A stretch of DNA of 64,000 nucleotides from Octopus sinensis (lineage: Eukaryota). The stretch spans positions 1-64,000 of the forward strand of contig NW_021833039.1 of NCBI RefSeq assembly GCF_006345805.1. The letters run 5' to 3'. This document shows, piece after piece, positions 1 through 10,160 of the stretch (positions are counted from its first letter, which is position 1; each line of letters begins with the position of its first letter). Below the pieces are notes generated by a model, which did not search any database, was not told where the DNA came from, and worked only from the letters and a program-made list of their open reading frames with translations. Made by a program: the position numbers and the translations under genes.

Positions 1-437
1 CTTTCTCTGCCTGAGAGTGACACAAGCACATTGCCTTCTTGTTGTTCGTTCTGAAGGAGTTTATGTTCATTTTGAATATTTCGTCGTTCTGGCTGTAATT
101 CTCGAACACCTTCTCAAACAACTGCCCCACCTCCCTCGTCCAGTCGAGCACGGAAGAGAAGACCAGTCTGTCGTCACTGGGTAACACATCCCACCAACTT
201 GCAGTACTCCCGCAGCTTTATTTGGTAGTACTTGTCCGACAGTTTCCTACCGTTGGAATACTCCCATACTTCAGCGTGGACCCGTAGTTCCTGGTGGCTG
301 CCGCAAAGTCCTTGCAGAACTCGTTCACTTGCGCGTAAAAGTCGATGCCCTTCGCGTCAAAGTCAGTCAAGTCCCCAAAGTTGTTCTGAGGGAGGAGGCA
401 GAGGAATTACCCAAAAAGTGTAGTCCCAAGCAGTCAT
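1..437 (-). CDS. F-BAR (FCH) domain protein, CIP4/FNBP1/TOCA-like; 5' part only, runs off the window edge
   Basis: Removing GT-AG introns of 25 nt (386-410), 23 nt and 22 nt gives MTAWDYTFWNNFGDLTDFDAKGIDFYAQVNEFCKDFAAATRNYGSTLKKLSDKY. This parallels the FNBP1/CIP4 N-terminus (MSWGTELWDQF...GID...Y...L..LSKKY). Confidence 0.7.
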
Positions 438-1462
438 GGAAATTACTATTGCGAAGAATCAATACCGCTTTCGATTATTTCAAGTATAACAACTAATAAA
501 TTATATTTATAAATATTACTTTATACACTCGACGGCGATGACTCTGTCAATCCAATAATCAATGCAGATACGAATAGTCCGCAGGGAATATATGTTCTCC
601 ACAAATAACAATCAGTATAGCCGGTGTTCTAATCAGTCGAAATTAGGAGTTCATTATTGAACTATCATAAAGTTCCCACATAGGCAACACATGGATCACA
701 TTTATCCGCAGCTGTGTGCTATACCCCTGCTGTCTTTTACTGCGTTGAAAATATTTTGAGATAACAGTAAATTGTTCGTGGATGTCCTTTGTCGTCTTTG
801 TGATTTAATTCCAATGCCCAGTTAGCACATGTGCCCAAATAAACGCCAAGGAGCTTTGGTCGTGTCCATAGTTAAGTGTCTACTGTTGCAGGTATAATGA
901 GTTTAAAAATTACAATTAGTTGTATCTTATTTTAGTTCAATAAACATTTTGTAATTTTATCGAGGTAAACCCTAATAAATGTATGAAATAGACTTGAATA
1001 AAGTAATACGTTGCGTCTAAATATGGATAATGTGTGCTGTTACGAATCACTCATGTCTCGACTCGTCCGAACTGTGAATCCTTGAATTCCTTAAATTCTT
1101 TAGTTGAGGTCTCAAGAGGGAGCTCAGGATGGTAATTATTTGTCGACATTTGATATGTGTAGTTGACAAAAATGTACTGACAACAGGAATCACAGTACTA
1201 ATTATCATATTCTGCATTTTCGCACTGTTCCGAACAATCTCTCGGACATCCGGCAAATCCTCATCTGTATCGTAACTGATGTTATTTTAGCGGAGGGACG
1301 GTCCCTCGGAGGACGGACTGGCTCTGTAGATAACAAATAACCGGACACTAACCCAATTAATAATTATGTCTCTCTCTTCTTGTTTGACCGAGCTGTTAGT
1401 CGATAATCAATATGCTATGTTTGCCCTCACACTAAACTGAGAGGACTGTCCAATAAGTCACC

Positions 1463-1767
1463 ATCCTCCGACAGTCCTATAGTGGTGTGAATAATATTAA
1501 ATATAGTAATGAGCATAAAGTATGTGCTATTTATTACGACGGAAATCACTTTTGAAGGACACATTCAATGTCTTACCCTCTGAGGCACCCATCAAATGGA
1601 AGGTGAGTACATCCTCCGTGTCCTCGGCAGTCCTATGTGAATAATAATAAATATGGCAATAGTAATAAGCATAACGATCAATGTAAAAGGTAATATATGT
1701 GCTATTTATTACGACGGAAATCACTTTTGAAGGACACATTCAATGTCTTACCCTCTGAGGCACCCAT
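1463..1767. repeat. Local tandem duplication of the ELAV-like gene 3' end
   Basis: The ~70 nt TATGTGCTATTTATTACGACGG...GAGGCACCCA occurs identically at ~1522-1591 and ~1698-1767. The adjoining UTR-like segments (1463-1520 vs 1612-1696) are similar but diverged. Confidence 0.85.
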
Positions 1768-2711
1768 CTTGGACATGTTCAGGGCGGCCACGGCAGCACA
1801 GGCCTCCTCGTATTTCACAAAGTTGACAAAACCAATACTACTCGCCCAGGTGGTGTTGCCTGGGAGGGAATTGACCGAGGCAATGGCCCCGAACCGAGAA
1901 AAGAGTTGGTACAAGTGGAGATTAGTAGATCCTGGGATTAGGTTGGACACATAGACACAGTGGTGTTGCACAGGGGGCACATTCCGGGCAACAGGACTAT
2001 ACCGAAAGTAGTCATAGTGGGAGTAGGGGAGGAAGCCAGTGGTCACTTTGACGGAGGACTGTCGGGCATATCGCACAATTATGTGTTTGTCAGTGCCTGG
2101 GAGTACTTGTTTGCAGTTGAGCACGGCAATGGCCGACTCTGCACACACAGGGTGGTAGAACATGACCATTCCACTGCACTTGGACATGCCGTGGGCGTCC
2201 ACCAACAGTTTGAGGGACTGCACAGGCCCGAATGTCTCGAAAAGCATCTTCAAATTGTTTTCCATGAACGAGGGCGGCAGGTTCTGCACGTACAAATTCC
2301 GCAGTTCAGTCTTGCCCGTCTGACAGCGAGAGAAGCTGACGTGGATGGCCTTTTGGTCGACGACATGCCCGTCGAGTGTGTCGATGGCCTTCTGGGACTG
2401 TTCCTGTGTGCCGTAGGAAATGAATCCGTAGCAGAGGGAGGTGCCACACGACTGGTCCATCATCAGTCGACAGTTGGTGACCTGAGTGAGGGGGAGGCCG
2501 TACATTGGGGACTGTCGTGAAGAGGGAGAATAACGATTCGGGGGTGATTGAGGGGGCCAGGTTGCTGACAATCAGTTCGCACTTGTCCACTACGAGTGTG
2601 TGGGGGAAATGCCCAATGGACTGCTGAGGGGGGAGAGGGGGATTCATGTACCCGTTTCTCGCATTTGTTTCTACATTGTAGGGCTGGATAACAACAACCA
2701 ACAAAACTCAT
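1702..2711 (-). CDS. ELAV/Hu-like RNA-binding protein with three RRMs
   Basis: RNP2-like motifs ELIVSNL, NLYVQNL and VYVSNL; RNP1 CYGFISY and IGFVNF; C-terminal LNVSFK as in ELAV. A 22-nt intron (2482-2503) joins two ORF-track frames. Start is ATG 2711 or 2647 (uncertain). Confidence 0.85.
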
Positions 2712-2750
2712 GTCAATTATATAATTAATTCAATTTATTTAAACAACTGA

Positions 2751-3585
2751 TTACAACTCAAAACCTGCACAATAAAAAGTATTACAGTCCTCCGATATAT
2801 AACTCTCCTTCGACCTGACTGGCCCACTCAGAATAGAACTGGACCTGACATAGTCCTGTCTGTCAATCCCCACTTCCTTCCTCACCACTCCGCCCCTCAG
2901 CCTGCCAATAAACAGACTGGCACAACCGGGCATACTCCCTCTGATTGAGCACCACACATTTCTTCCCGAATTTGTCCAGACTAATGTCCATGTCCTCTCC
3001 TGTGGCCAGCAGCCACCCTTCTCGACAGTCCTTATACTTGAGGACGGTCACCATCCACCGGCCATACTCGTCCAGCCAGAACCCCACGACATGCACAACC
3101 TCCCCCTCCCCACAACTGAAAGTGTCATTCGAGGCCAATTCGACGGGACTGTCCCCCGCTGACCGAACTCGACTGAACCAGACATCCCGGGCAACCTCCC
3201 GACCGGACTGCAATACAACCAGGAATGAGTACTGCGAGGACACATCGGAAGGGGGCTCCCTTGTGCACGCCCACCCACGTATGAGTTGGGATTACATTCG
3301 GAGGGTCTGTCCGTTCACCACACACAATACTCGCTGGACGGATTACCACCGTCGTGTTCGTCGTCGGTTTCGCTTTCTTTGAGGGGACAGTCCGATCCAG
3401 CACTGTTGATTGCAGTCCTTCTTTTCCTGGTCTTTTTCGCTTCTCTGAGGATTTCGCGTGGGTCTTCTTTGTGGGAGGACCAGTCTCCTTGGTCGACGTT
3501 GGTTGTTCTCTGATGGACGCATCTCCCACTTGGACGACAACTGATGTCTTGAGTGGAGTGGACTAGGGGGATATTGGGTGGTCAT
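2751..3585 (-). CDS. BAH-domain chromatin protein (BAHD1/BAHCC1-like)
   Basis: Introns of 23 nt (3541-3563), 19 nt (3260-3278) and 25 nt give a Lys-rich N-terminus, then VVGFWLDEYGRWMVTVLKY...LLATGEDMDISLDKFGKKCVVLNQREYAR...FYCAGFEL, resembling the BAH fold (KCYVLTFAEYCR, VFLCRHVY). Confidence 0.65.
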
Positions 3586-3859
3586 ACTGATTTCATTTGT
3601 GTGATTTCGAGTGGTTTATCTACCATTTGTGCACAATTGGGGAACCATTTATATAAATTGATTTTAGAGGACGAGTCGAGTACACATTGGAGAGAGTAAC
3701 AGTCCCGTTCTCCTGGTAGTTGATTGATACTTTATTTATCTTAATCTTTTTAACGACTGTTCGCATGTTGGACAACAAGACGCAACCAAAAACAACAATT
3801 TATAACACGTAATTTATTTATTAGGAACAAAAACAACGTCATAACCATAATTAACTATT

Positions 3860-4500
3860 TCAGGTGATCCCAGCCTCTTTTAAAAACCTTCGCATCTTTT
3901 CTGTGTGTTCTACAGCGCATTGTCTAAGAGGGCGGGGATCCCGAACTTTTTTCCTGAGGTCTCCACCGTTTTCTTTCACGATTTCTTCTAGTCCATTTGG
4001 TTGAATTTTGTTCCCTGTGACATTCGCTAGGAGGTTTACAATCTCCATTTGAATATTGTCGATTTTTTCGACATTTGAATATGCTAGATTGCTTCCCCAT
4101 ACTGTACATCCGTAACCAATTGTCGGTTTAATGTATTGGGTGTATAGAGACTCTAATCCGTAAGTTCCTTTGGCGTCTTCCAAGTTTCCAAGAAATGCTT
4201 TAAAAGGTTTAATTTCGTCAACACGTTTTCGGTATGGGGAGTAAAGGTTAGAAAGGTGTCAAAGGTGATCCCAGTATCTTTAGAGTTTTATTTGGAGGAA
4301 TTGATTTCCCTTCCATGGTCACATTTATCGACTAATTCCTCAGTCTTTTGTTAGTTGTGAAAAAGGTTAGCTCAGACTTTTCCGGGCTTGCTTTCAACAG
4401 ATTGGCATTGAGCCATATACACAGGTTATTTATATTTTTCTGTAATCTTCTTGTAGCTTCGCTGACACATATATCCCTCGAACAAGAATCCTCGGGATCC
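3860..4500 (-). mobile_element. 3' fragment of non-LTR (LINE) reverse transcriptase, degenerate
   Basis: RT palm/thumb motifs RLQKNINNLCIWLNANLLKASPEKS and LYTQYIKPTIGYGCTVWG. The ORF ends ...FLKEAGIT* and is followed by a short UTR with AATAAA. Confidence 0.8.
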
Positions 4501-4569
4501 AGGTTCTTTCCGACCCATCTCTCTGCTTTGTGTCGCTTCGAAAGTTTGGGAGATTCATTTTGGATCACA

Positions 4570-5600
4570 TATATCCGCACACCAACCTGGTTTCGCCCAT
4601 CTCACTCCACCTCTACGCACCTAACAAAACTAACGGACTTTATTGCGGATGGTTTTAATGACAACAAACCTCCACTTCGCACAATTCTGGCCACGATCGA
4701 CATTGCAGAAGCCTTCGACAAGACTTCCCGTCATGTTCTTTCAAACAATATTACAGCGACGAACATTCCCCCAATGATTCAAAAATGGCTCAAGTCGTTC
4801 ATATCCGGCAGACTGGGTCGCACTTTGTTCATGTCGATACTTACCGAATGGAGTCCCGCAAGGATCGGCTCTCTCCCCGGTCTCGTTTAACCTCCACCTG
4901 AGCAGTTTGCCTAAGCTGGAAGACACTTTGATCCTGTCTTATGCTGCTGATTTGATCTTGGCGGCTAGAAACAAGAACATTTCAACTGCTTCCACAGGCC
5001 TACAAACTCATCTGGATTTATTGAAGTCTTGGCTTGTAACCAACCACCCTCTCCTTCCAAGTCCAGTGTTACGTTCTTCACCAGTGACCGTCGCCAGCTA
5101 GACCAGCATCCAGAGTTGAAAATCTTTGGAGAACGCCTCCCCATCTCAAAAACTGATCTACGACCAACCTCTTACCTTCTCCCCTCATGTTGACCACATA
5201 ATCAAAAAAGTAAACAAAAAGAGGAATGCCTTCCGTGCAGTGGCCGGATCCTCCTTCGGTCAAGACAAAGAAACGCTAAGAATAATCTACAAACAATATG
5301 TCAGGACCTCCCTTAACTACGCTAGCCTCACTTGGGGCTCCTCTCTTTCATCCAGCAACATTCAAAAACTCCAAAGGATCCAAAATGGTGCTTTCCGATC
5401 AATTGCCGGATGCATGTTATTCACTCCTTCCGACCATCTCCACTGGAAACCACCATTCTCCCTGTGGAAGATCACCTTCGCATCCGGAACCTGCAATTCC
5501 TCAGTGCGGTCATGGAATCAGACCATGTCATTTCCTCACCCATACAAAAACAGCCGTTTCAGTCATTGCAAACCATTTCAGTCCACAGAGAACTATGAAA
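4570..5600 (+). mobile_element. Degenerate LINE reverse transcriptase fragment
   Basis: TILATIDIAEAFDK, PNGVPQG-like region, LSYAADL (eroded YADD) and IYKQYVRTSLNYASLTWG; several frameshifts. Confidence 0.85.
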
Positions 5601-5605
5601 ATGTC

Positions 5606-6226
5606 TTAGAAAAATATATTATCAAAATAAAGGTCAGTCAAATCAGGCTTTGGCATGTCTGGTTGGCTGTAGAAAGTGTCGTCGGCCATGCGCATTTTAT
5701 TGGTTTGGATGGAGTAGTCCAACTGGAATGTGAATGAGCACACACCTTGTCCTTCTCTCTGTCGAGGAGCACTCTGCACTCGTGCGGCCCCATGTCCTGG
5801 TTCTTGAACAGCACATCCGAGACGACGGTCTGGTTGGCCAGCAAGTAGTGGTGGTTCTGCATGGTGTCCCACAAAGACGTCAACTGCCCCAACTGCTCAC
5901 TCAACACAGAGTGGTTGAAGGACATGAGGTTGTCCTTATACCGCCTCTTCTCCCGGGACTTCCTGGCAGCCTGGTTGGGCAGGGGGGAGTACTTCGTTGT
6001 TCTTCATCCTCTTCTCCCGGTAGTCCCTGTCTGTGTGTTCGGGCACGTCCTCCTGTTTGCAGAAGGTGTCACTCGAGTCGAGGAAATAGGGCCATTCGGG
6101 GAGTTGTGGGTACTGCAGAAAGTGACTGTCGTGTGGCCAAAGGGGGTAGTCCTCGGTCTCCTGTGTGATGGGGAAGTAGAAGGAGTCGTCAAAGGAATAA
6201 CGGGAATTGATTCCGTCATCTTCCAT
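5606..6226 (-). CDS. bZIP transcription factor, NFIL3/E4BP4/vrille (PAR-related) type
   Basis: Removing a 22-nt intron (5971-5992) gives DRDYREKRMKNNEAARKSREKRRYKD, matching the NFIL3 basic region. Second intron is 23 nt (5723-5745). Confidence 0.8.
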
Positions 6227-6384
6227 GACCTAAACATATTCGAATAACAGTCATCACTACTAAATGAACATTAATAATAATAAAACTACTCTGTGGTGGA
6301 GTGGACGACACTACGGCTATATATATGACAGAGTTATGCAATTATCGATCACACACGCCACATGACACACCCAACAAACACACT

Positions 6385-6887
6385 TTATTGGCAATAGTAA
6401 CCCAGTCGGGACTCGTAGAAGGAGATGACCGTCTGCGGACACCGAGCATTCGCCACCGACACAGGAATCAGGTCGTAGAGGGGAGTACTCGACTTCCTGC
6501 ACAATCGACAGGGTTGGATACCACTTCATCAGGAACATTGGCCTTCCCTCTATTTTCTGCAGTTCGACAATCCTCTCGGGGAGAAGGCCTCGATTAAAAC
6601 CCGTCTCCCCCTCCAGTCCAGTGGGACTCACTTCCACAAGTCTCCTCACACTTGAACTGGCCGACTTTGCTTTTTTGGCCCGCTTAATCTGTTTGCATTT
6701 ATTTTCATATTTTTTGATGAGGTTAGGGGAGAACATGCCACATTCCGCCTCCCACGTGTTTTTGTCGCTGAAATGACATTGCGGAATACCTGGGGAGCCC
6801 CTTCCACTTGACCAAATAGTGGGTGATGCCGTTGACCACCTTCTTATCCTTAATGCTTTCCACCTCAAAAGTGTCTGTCGGCGACAT
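6385..6887 (-). CDS. Heterochromatin protein 1 (chromo + chromoshadow)
   Basis: Spliced: FEVESIKDKKVVNGITHYLVKWKGLPSDKNTWEAE (chromodomain) and RGLLPERIV...MFLMKWKS...DLIPVSVANARCPQTVISFYESRL (chromoshadow). Introns 22 nt and 25 nt (6497-6521). Confidence 0.92.
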
Positions 6888-7013
6888 GATTTATACGAAT
6901 ATATTAACAACAATACAAGTCAGTTTGAATAACTTGTACTATTAAAAATATTAATTTTGATTTATCTTAAATTAATTAGTTTAATAAACAAAGACTGATT
7001 ATTTTGCTCGAAC

Positions 7014-7521
7014 ATGTTTACCTGTGTCATTTCCCGCACTCTGTCCTCCACAGGAATCACTCAACTTAAACACGTGGCCATTGCAGTGCCCTCCCCCCAA
7101 CAAATCGGGAGTATTCTCCACCACCTCCTCTCACTGACCACCCCCCTCTTCACTGTAATATTCCACTCCCTCACCCCAGCCAGTCACTTCGCAGAGAGTA
7201 AAAGTCTGCTTTAACAACTCGTTAAACACACAAGTCGAGGTTGGTTTGCCCACTGATTCCAGTTCATTTGTCCACTGGGCGACGACAGTCCAATATCTCG
7301 GTTTGTCCAGCAGAAAAAGGGACTCCATCACATTTGCCTGGGCGTATTTCTCTCTTGGTGACTCGAAGGTTCCCAGTCTGGACGAGTTTGTCACCAGACT
7401 GAGAAATAATGGCGTGAGGACGATATCACGGAAGCCCTTCATTGGGGCTCACGGAAGTAGAGTTATTTTCCTCCACCCAAAGGATTGCCACGGTGTTCTC
7501 ATAGAACTGGAAGAAAATTAA
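7014..7521 (+). CDS. MCEE: Methylmalonyl-CoA epimerase, mitochondrial
   Basis: LKHVAIAVP, GLHHICL and IGAHGSRVIFLHPKDCHGVLIELEE match MCEE. Three introns of 23-25 nt; short transit-peptide-like N-terminus. Confidence 0.92.
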
Positions 7522-7583
7522 AAATAATTAATATTTTAATTATATTTATTCAAATAATATTTCTTTATCACGTGCACAACCAG

Positions 7584-10083
7584 ATGATTCACCTTAATCA
7601 ACTTTTTGCGGGATTGCCTCCCACAGAGAGCACAGTGGAGGAAATAGAGGAACACATCAAATCATTTATTGCACTCAACCAGAGCACGTACTCTCTTGTG
7701 GTATTCGTAGAGACCTCGTCGAGGCAGTAAAGGAATGTGTCTGTGAGTTCATCACACATAACTATTCCACCAGGCCTAAAGAGGCACCCCCATTCCCCAT
7801 CAAAGTAAAAGACCACATTTATAGCCCAGATTGACTCACATTCAATGGAAGCCCTCCTATGTTCAAACGGAGAGAACCTCACTCCAGGATATAATTTTCC
7901 CGCCCTCTCAGTGGCCTATTTGTTGGTGAACCAGCCATCCCAGTCGACTGTAATGCACATCCCTAAGAGTAGAGAATGATGTTGTGGAGACTGCGAGTGC
8001 TCGTTCTCCTCCAAAGCACTCTCTCTGAACTGTCCCCCCTCTTGAAGGACAAATGCCTCCACTTGGTCGACTCAAGTGAGTGTCTGTGTAATGCCCAGTC
8101 ACCCACTCCCCCGAATATCCCTGTTTCATGTCCCAGGAGGGCACCACTGAGTTGGACTTTTTGTTGGAGATTGGATATATTTACGAGGAATACTTCGAAT
8201 GGGACAAACTGAACAAAGTTCTCCAAACCATCCACCAAAAGAAGGAGATCACGGTCGAGTCGACTGGTCGGGTGTTGTGGTGACCCTCAGGTGTGCCTGG
8301 GCGGACTACTCTCCACCAAACATTCGACGTGACCCAGCTGGTGGTGCTCATTCGTCGATCTGCCGACACAGTCCCTCCATTCCCCCCACATTCCCCCTCC
8401 CCCATTCAGGATATTCCCCTCAATGACGACGTTCTCCTGGAGAAAATGAAGCCTTCAGTGGAGATGCCCCCAGTCCCCTCTCTGTCCCCCTCCGAAGTGG
8501 CCCTCGTCCTCTTCGAAGCGTATGTGCCTGATTAACATCCAGTCGACATGAACTGAGTCGGCGAGCTCGGGATGCCACTCAGGACATGATTGTGTCTGCA
8601 TATTGCCAAGTATTGTGTCCTCTCACCCACAGACCCTCCTGAGTCTCGATTTGAACGTGTTTGCCCACGCGGCAGTCCTCTTCACTCGGTGTCTGGTCGA
8701 ACTGTCCTCCCCCAACAGAATTCAGAGAGCATTGATGCAACTGGAGGTGGCCTGTGCTCACATTGGCAGGAGTTGGTCAAACCTCGAAGTACAGCATTCA
8801 CCCTGGCACACTTCTTTTCGATTCGTCCACCCTCCCTCTACTGCATTAGAGTACGCGGGGGTCTGACTGTAGTGCAAATTATGTCGTGTTTATATGAGTG
8901 GAGGACTGTACTCCTCCGCCCTCGAGTTGTTGGAGAGTCTGGAGAAGTGGGATGACCTCATCGAGTGTTATGGACACCTCGAGCAGAGAGCGAAGGTCGG
9001 GCAGTCCTTTATGTAGGCAGAGGAGTTGATAAGACGGGCGGATTGCAGAAAAGGAGACGCCTGCTCTGTTGTGCTACTTGGGGTGTGTGACCAAGGAGGC
9101 TGAGCACTACACCGAGCCTGGGAACTGTCGGGGCACAAGTCCGGGGCGGCTCAGCGAGGACTGGCATTTCTGCACTTCCACCGGACACAAACCAAGGAGT
9201 CCATTCCCTACTTCCGTCGAGCAGTGGAAATTAATCGTTGATGGTTGGTGGTGTTAGTAATGCAGTACTATGTCTGGTTTTCCTATGGCTGTGCCTGCAG
9301 CCGAGTCCCTCTTCAAAGAGGCCGCCAAATGCTTCCTGGCCTGCATTCGAATAGAGAACGAGGTCTGTCTGTCAATATTGTAGAGTTCCAAAGCGTGGAC
9401 CAATTTGTCAGTGTGTGTAATGCAGTACGACACCGAGTATTTGTGTCTGTCTACTCGTAGTAAGAAGAGGTGCATTCGAATGGCCCAGGAGGCAGCCCGT
9501 CTGGACTACGACACCCCAAAGTGGGGAGAATGTGTTATATGTACTCCCCTCGTCTCAGTATTCCAGCTCACTGTCGACACCACTCAGGTCAGTCTGGCCA
9601 TCCAAGCATATCAACGACTCCTGATATAAACACAAATTCAGAGATCTCGAAATCTTGTTGTCCTTGGCTCCCTCCCGAGTGGAGACCACACAGCCAAATT
9701 GATGGAGTTGTGTGTTCGTCACGAAAAGACGTGTGTGGAGGACGGAAAGGACGGTCTCCTCCTCTATGCCACACTGTCCACTCTATGCAGAGGAAAGTGG
9801 TGGATGGCTCTTGTTTTGTGCAGAGGAGTATTTATTGGTGGTGGGGTGGTGGCTGATTTAGTTGTTGGAATATATGAGCAAGTGTTTGAACCATCAACTG
9901 CACATCCAAGGGTGGACTGCCTGTATCAGCACTGTCCAGTCCGTCGAGGAGAGATGCTGTGACTTGTTGGAGTGTATGAGTTCTCTTAAACTGCCAGGCT
10001 GCAAGTATTATGCTGAAAGGGTTACTGCTAATTATTCTCTGAGGAATTTTCTCTCTTCCACTCAGTCAAAATTGAGAGCTTAG
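7584..10083 (+). CDS. TTC27: TPR protein TTC27/Emw1-like, multi-exon
   Basis: GVPGRTTLHQTFDVTQLV, DIPLNDDVLLEK, WDDLIECY and TPALLCYLG...HY..AWELSGHKSGAAQRGLA parallel TTC27. Many tiny introns. One apparent 1-nt deletion near 9112. Confidence 0.75.
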
Positions 10084-10160
10084 TAGAATGTTGAGAAATG
10101 ATTTGATGAGGTATTGTCTTCTCCTCATAATAGTCGGCTATTGGCAACACTCACTTGTTC

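Noticed and set aside
450-1450. Possible small gene(s) between F-BAR and ELAV, including ORF 1047-1256
   Set aside because: No consistent ATG or splice model and no recognisable motif.
9105-9125. Frameshift in TTC27 (CAC TAC ACC GA GCC TGG) as programmed frameshift or editing
   Set aside because: A single missing C in a C run explains it, and similar homopolymer indels occur in the satellite, the duplication arms and Tc1; most likely assembly error.
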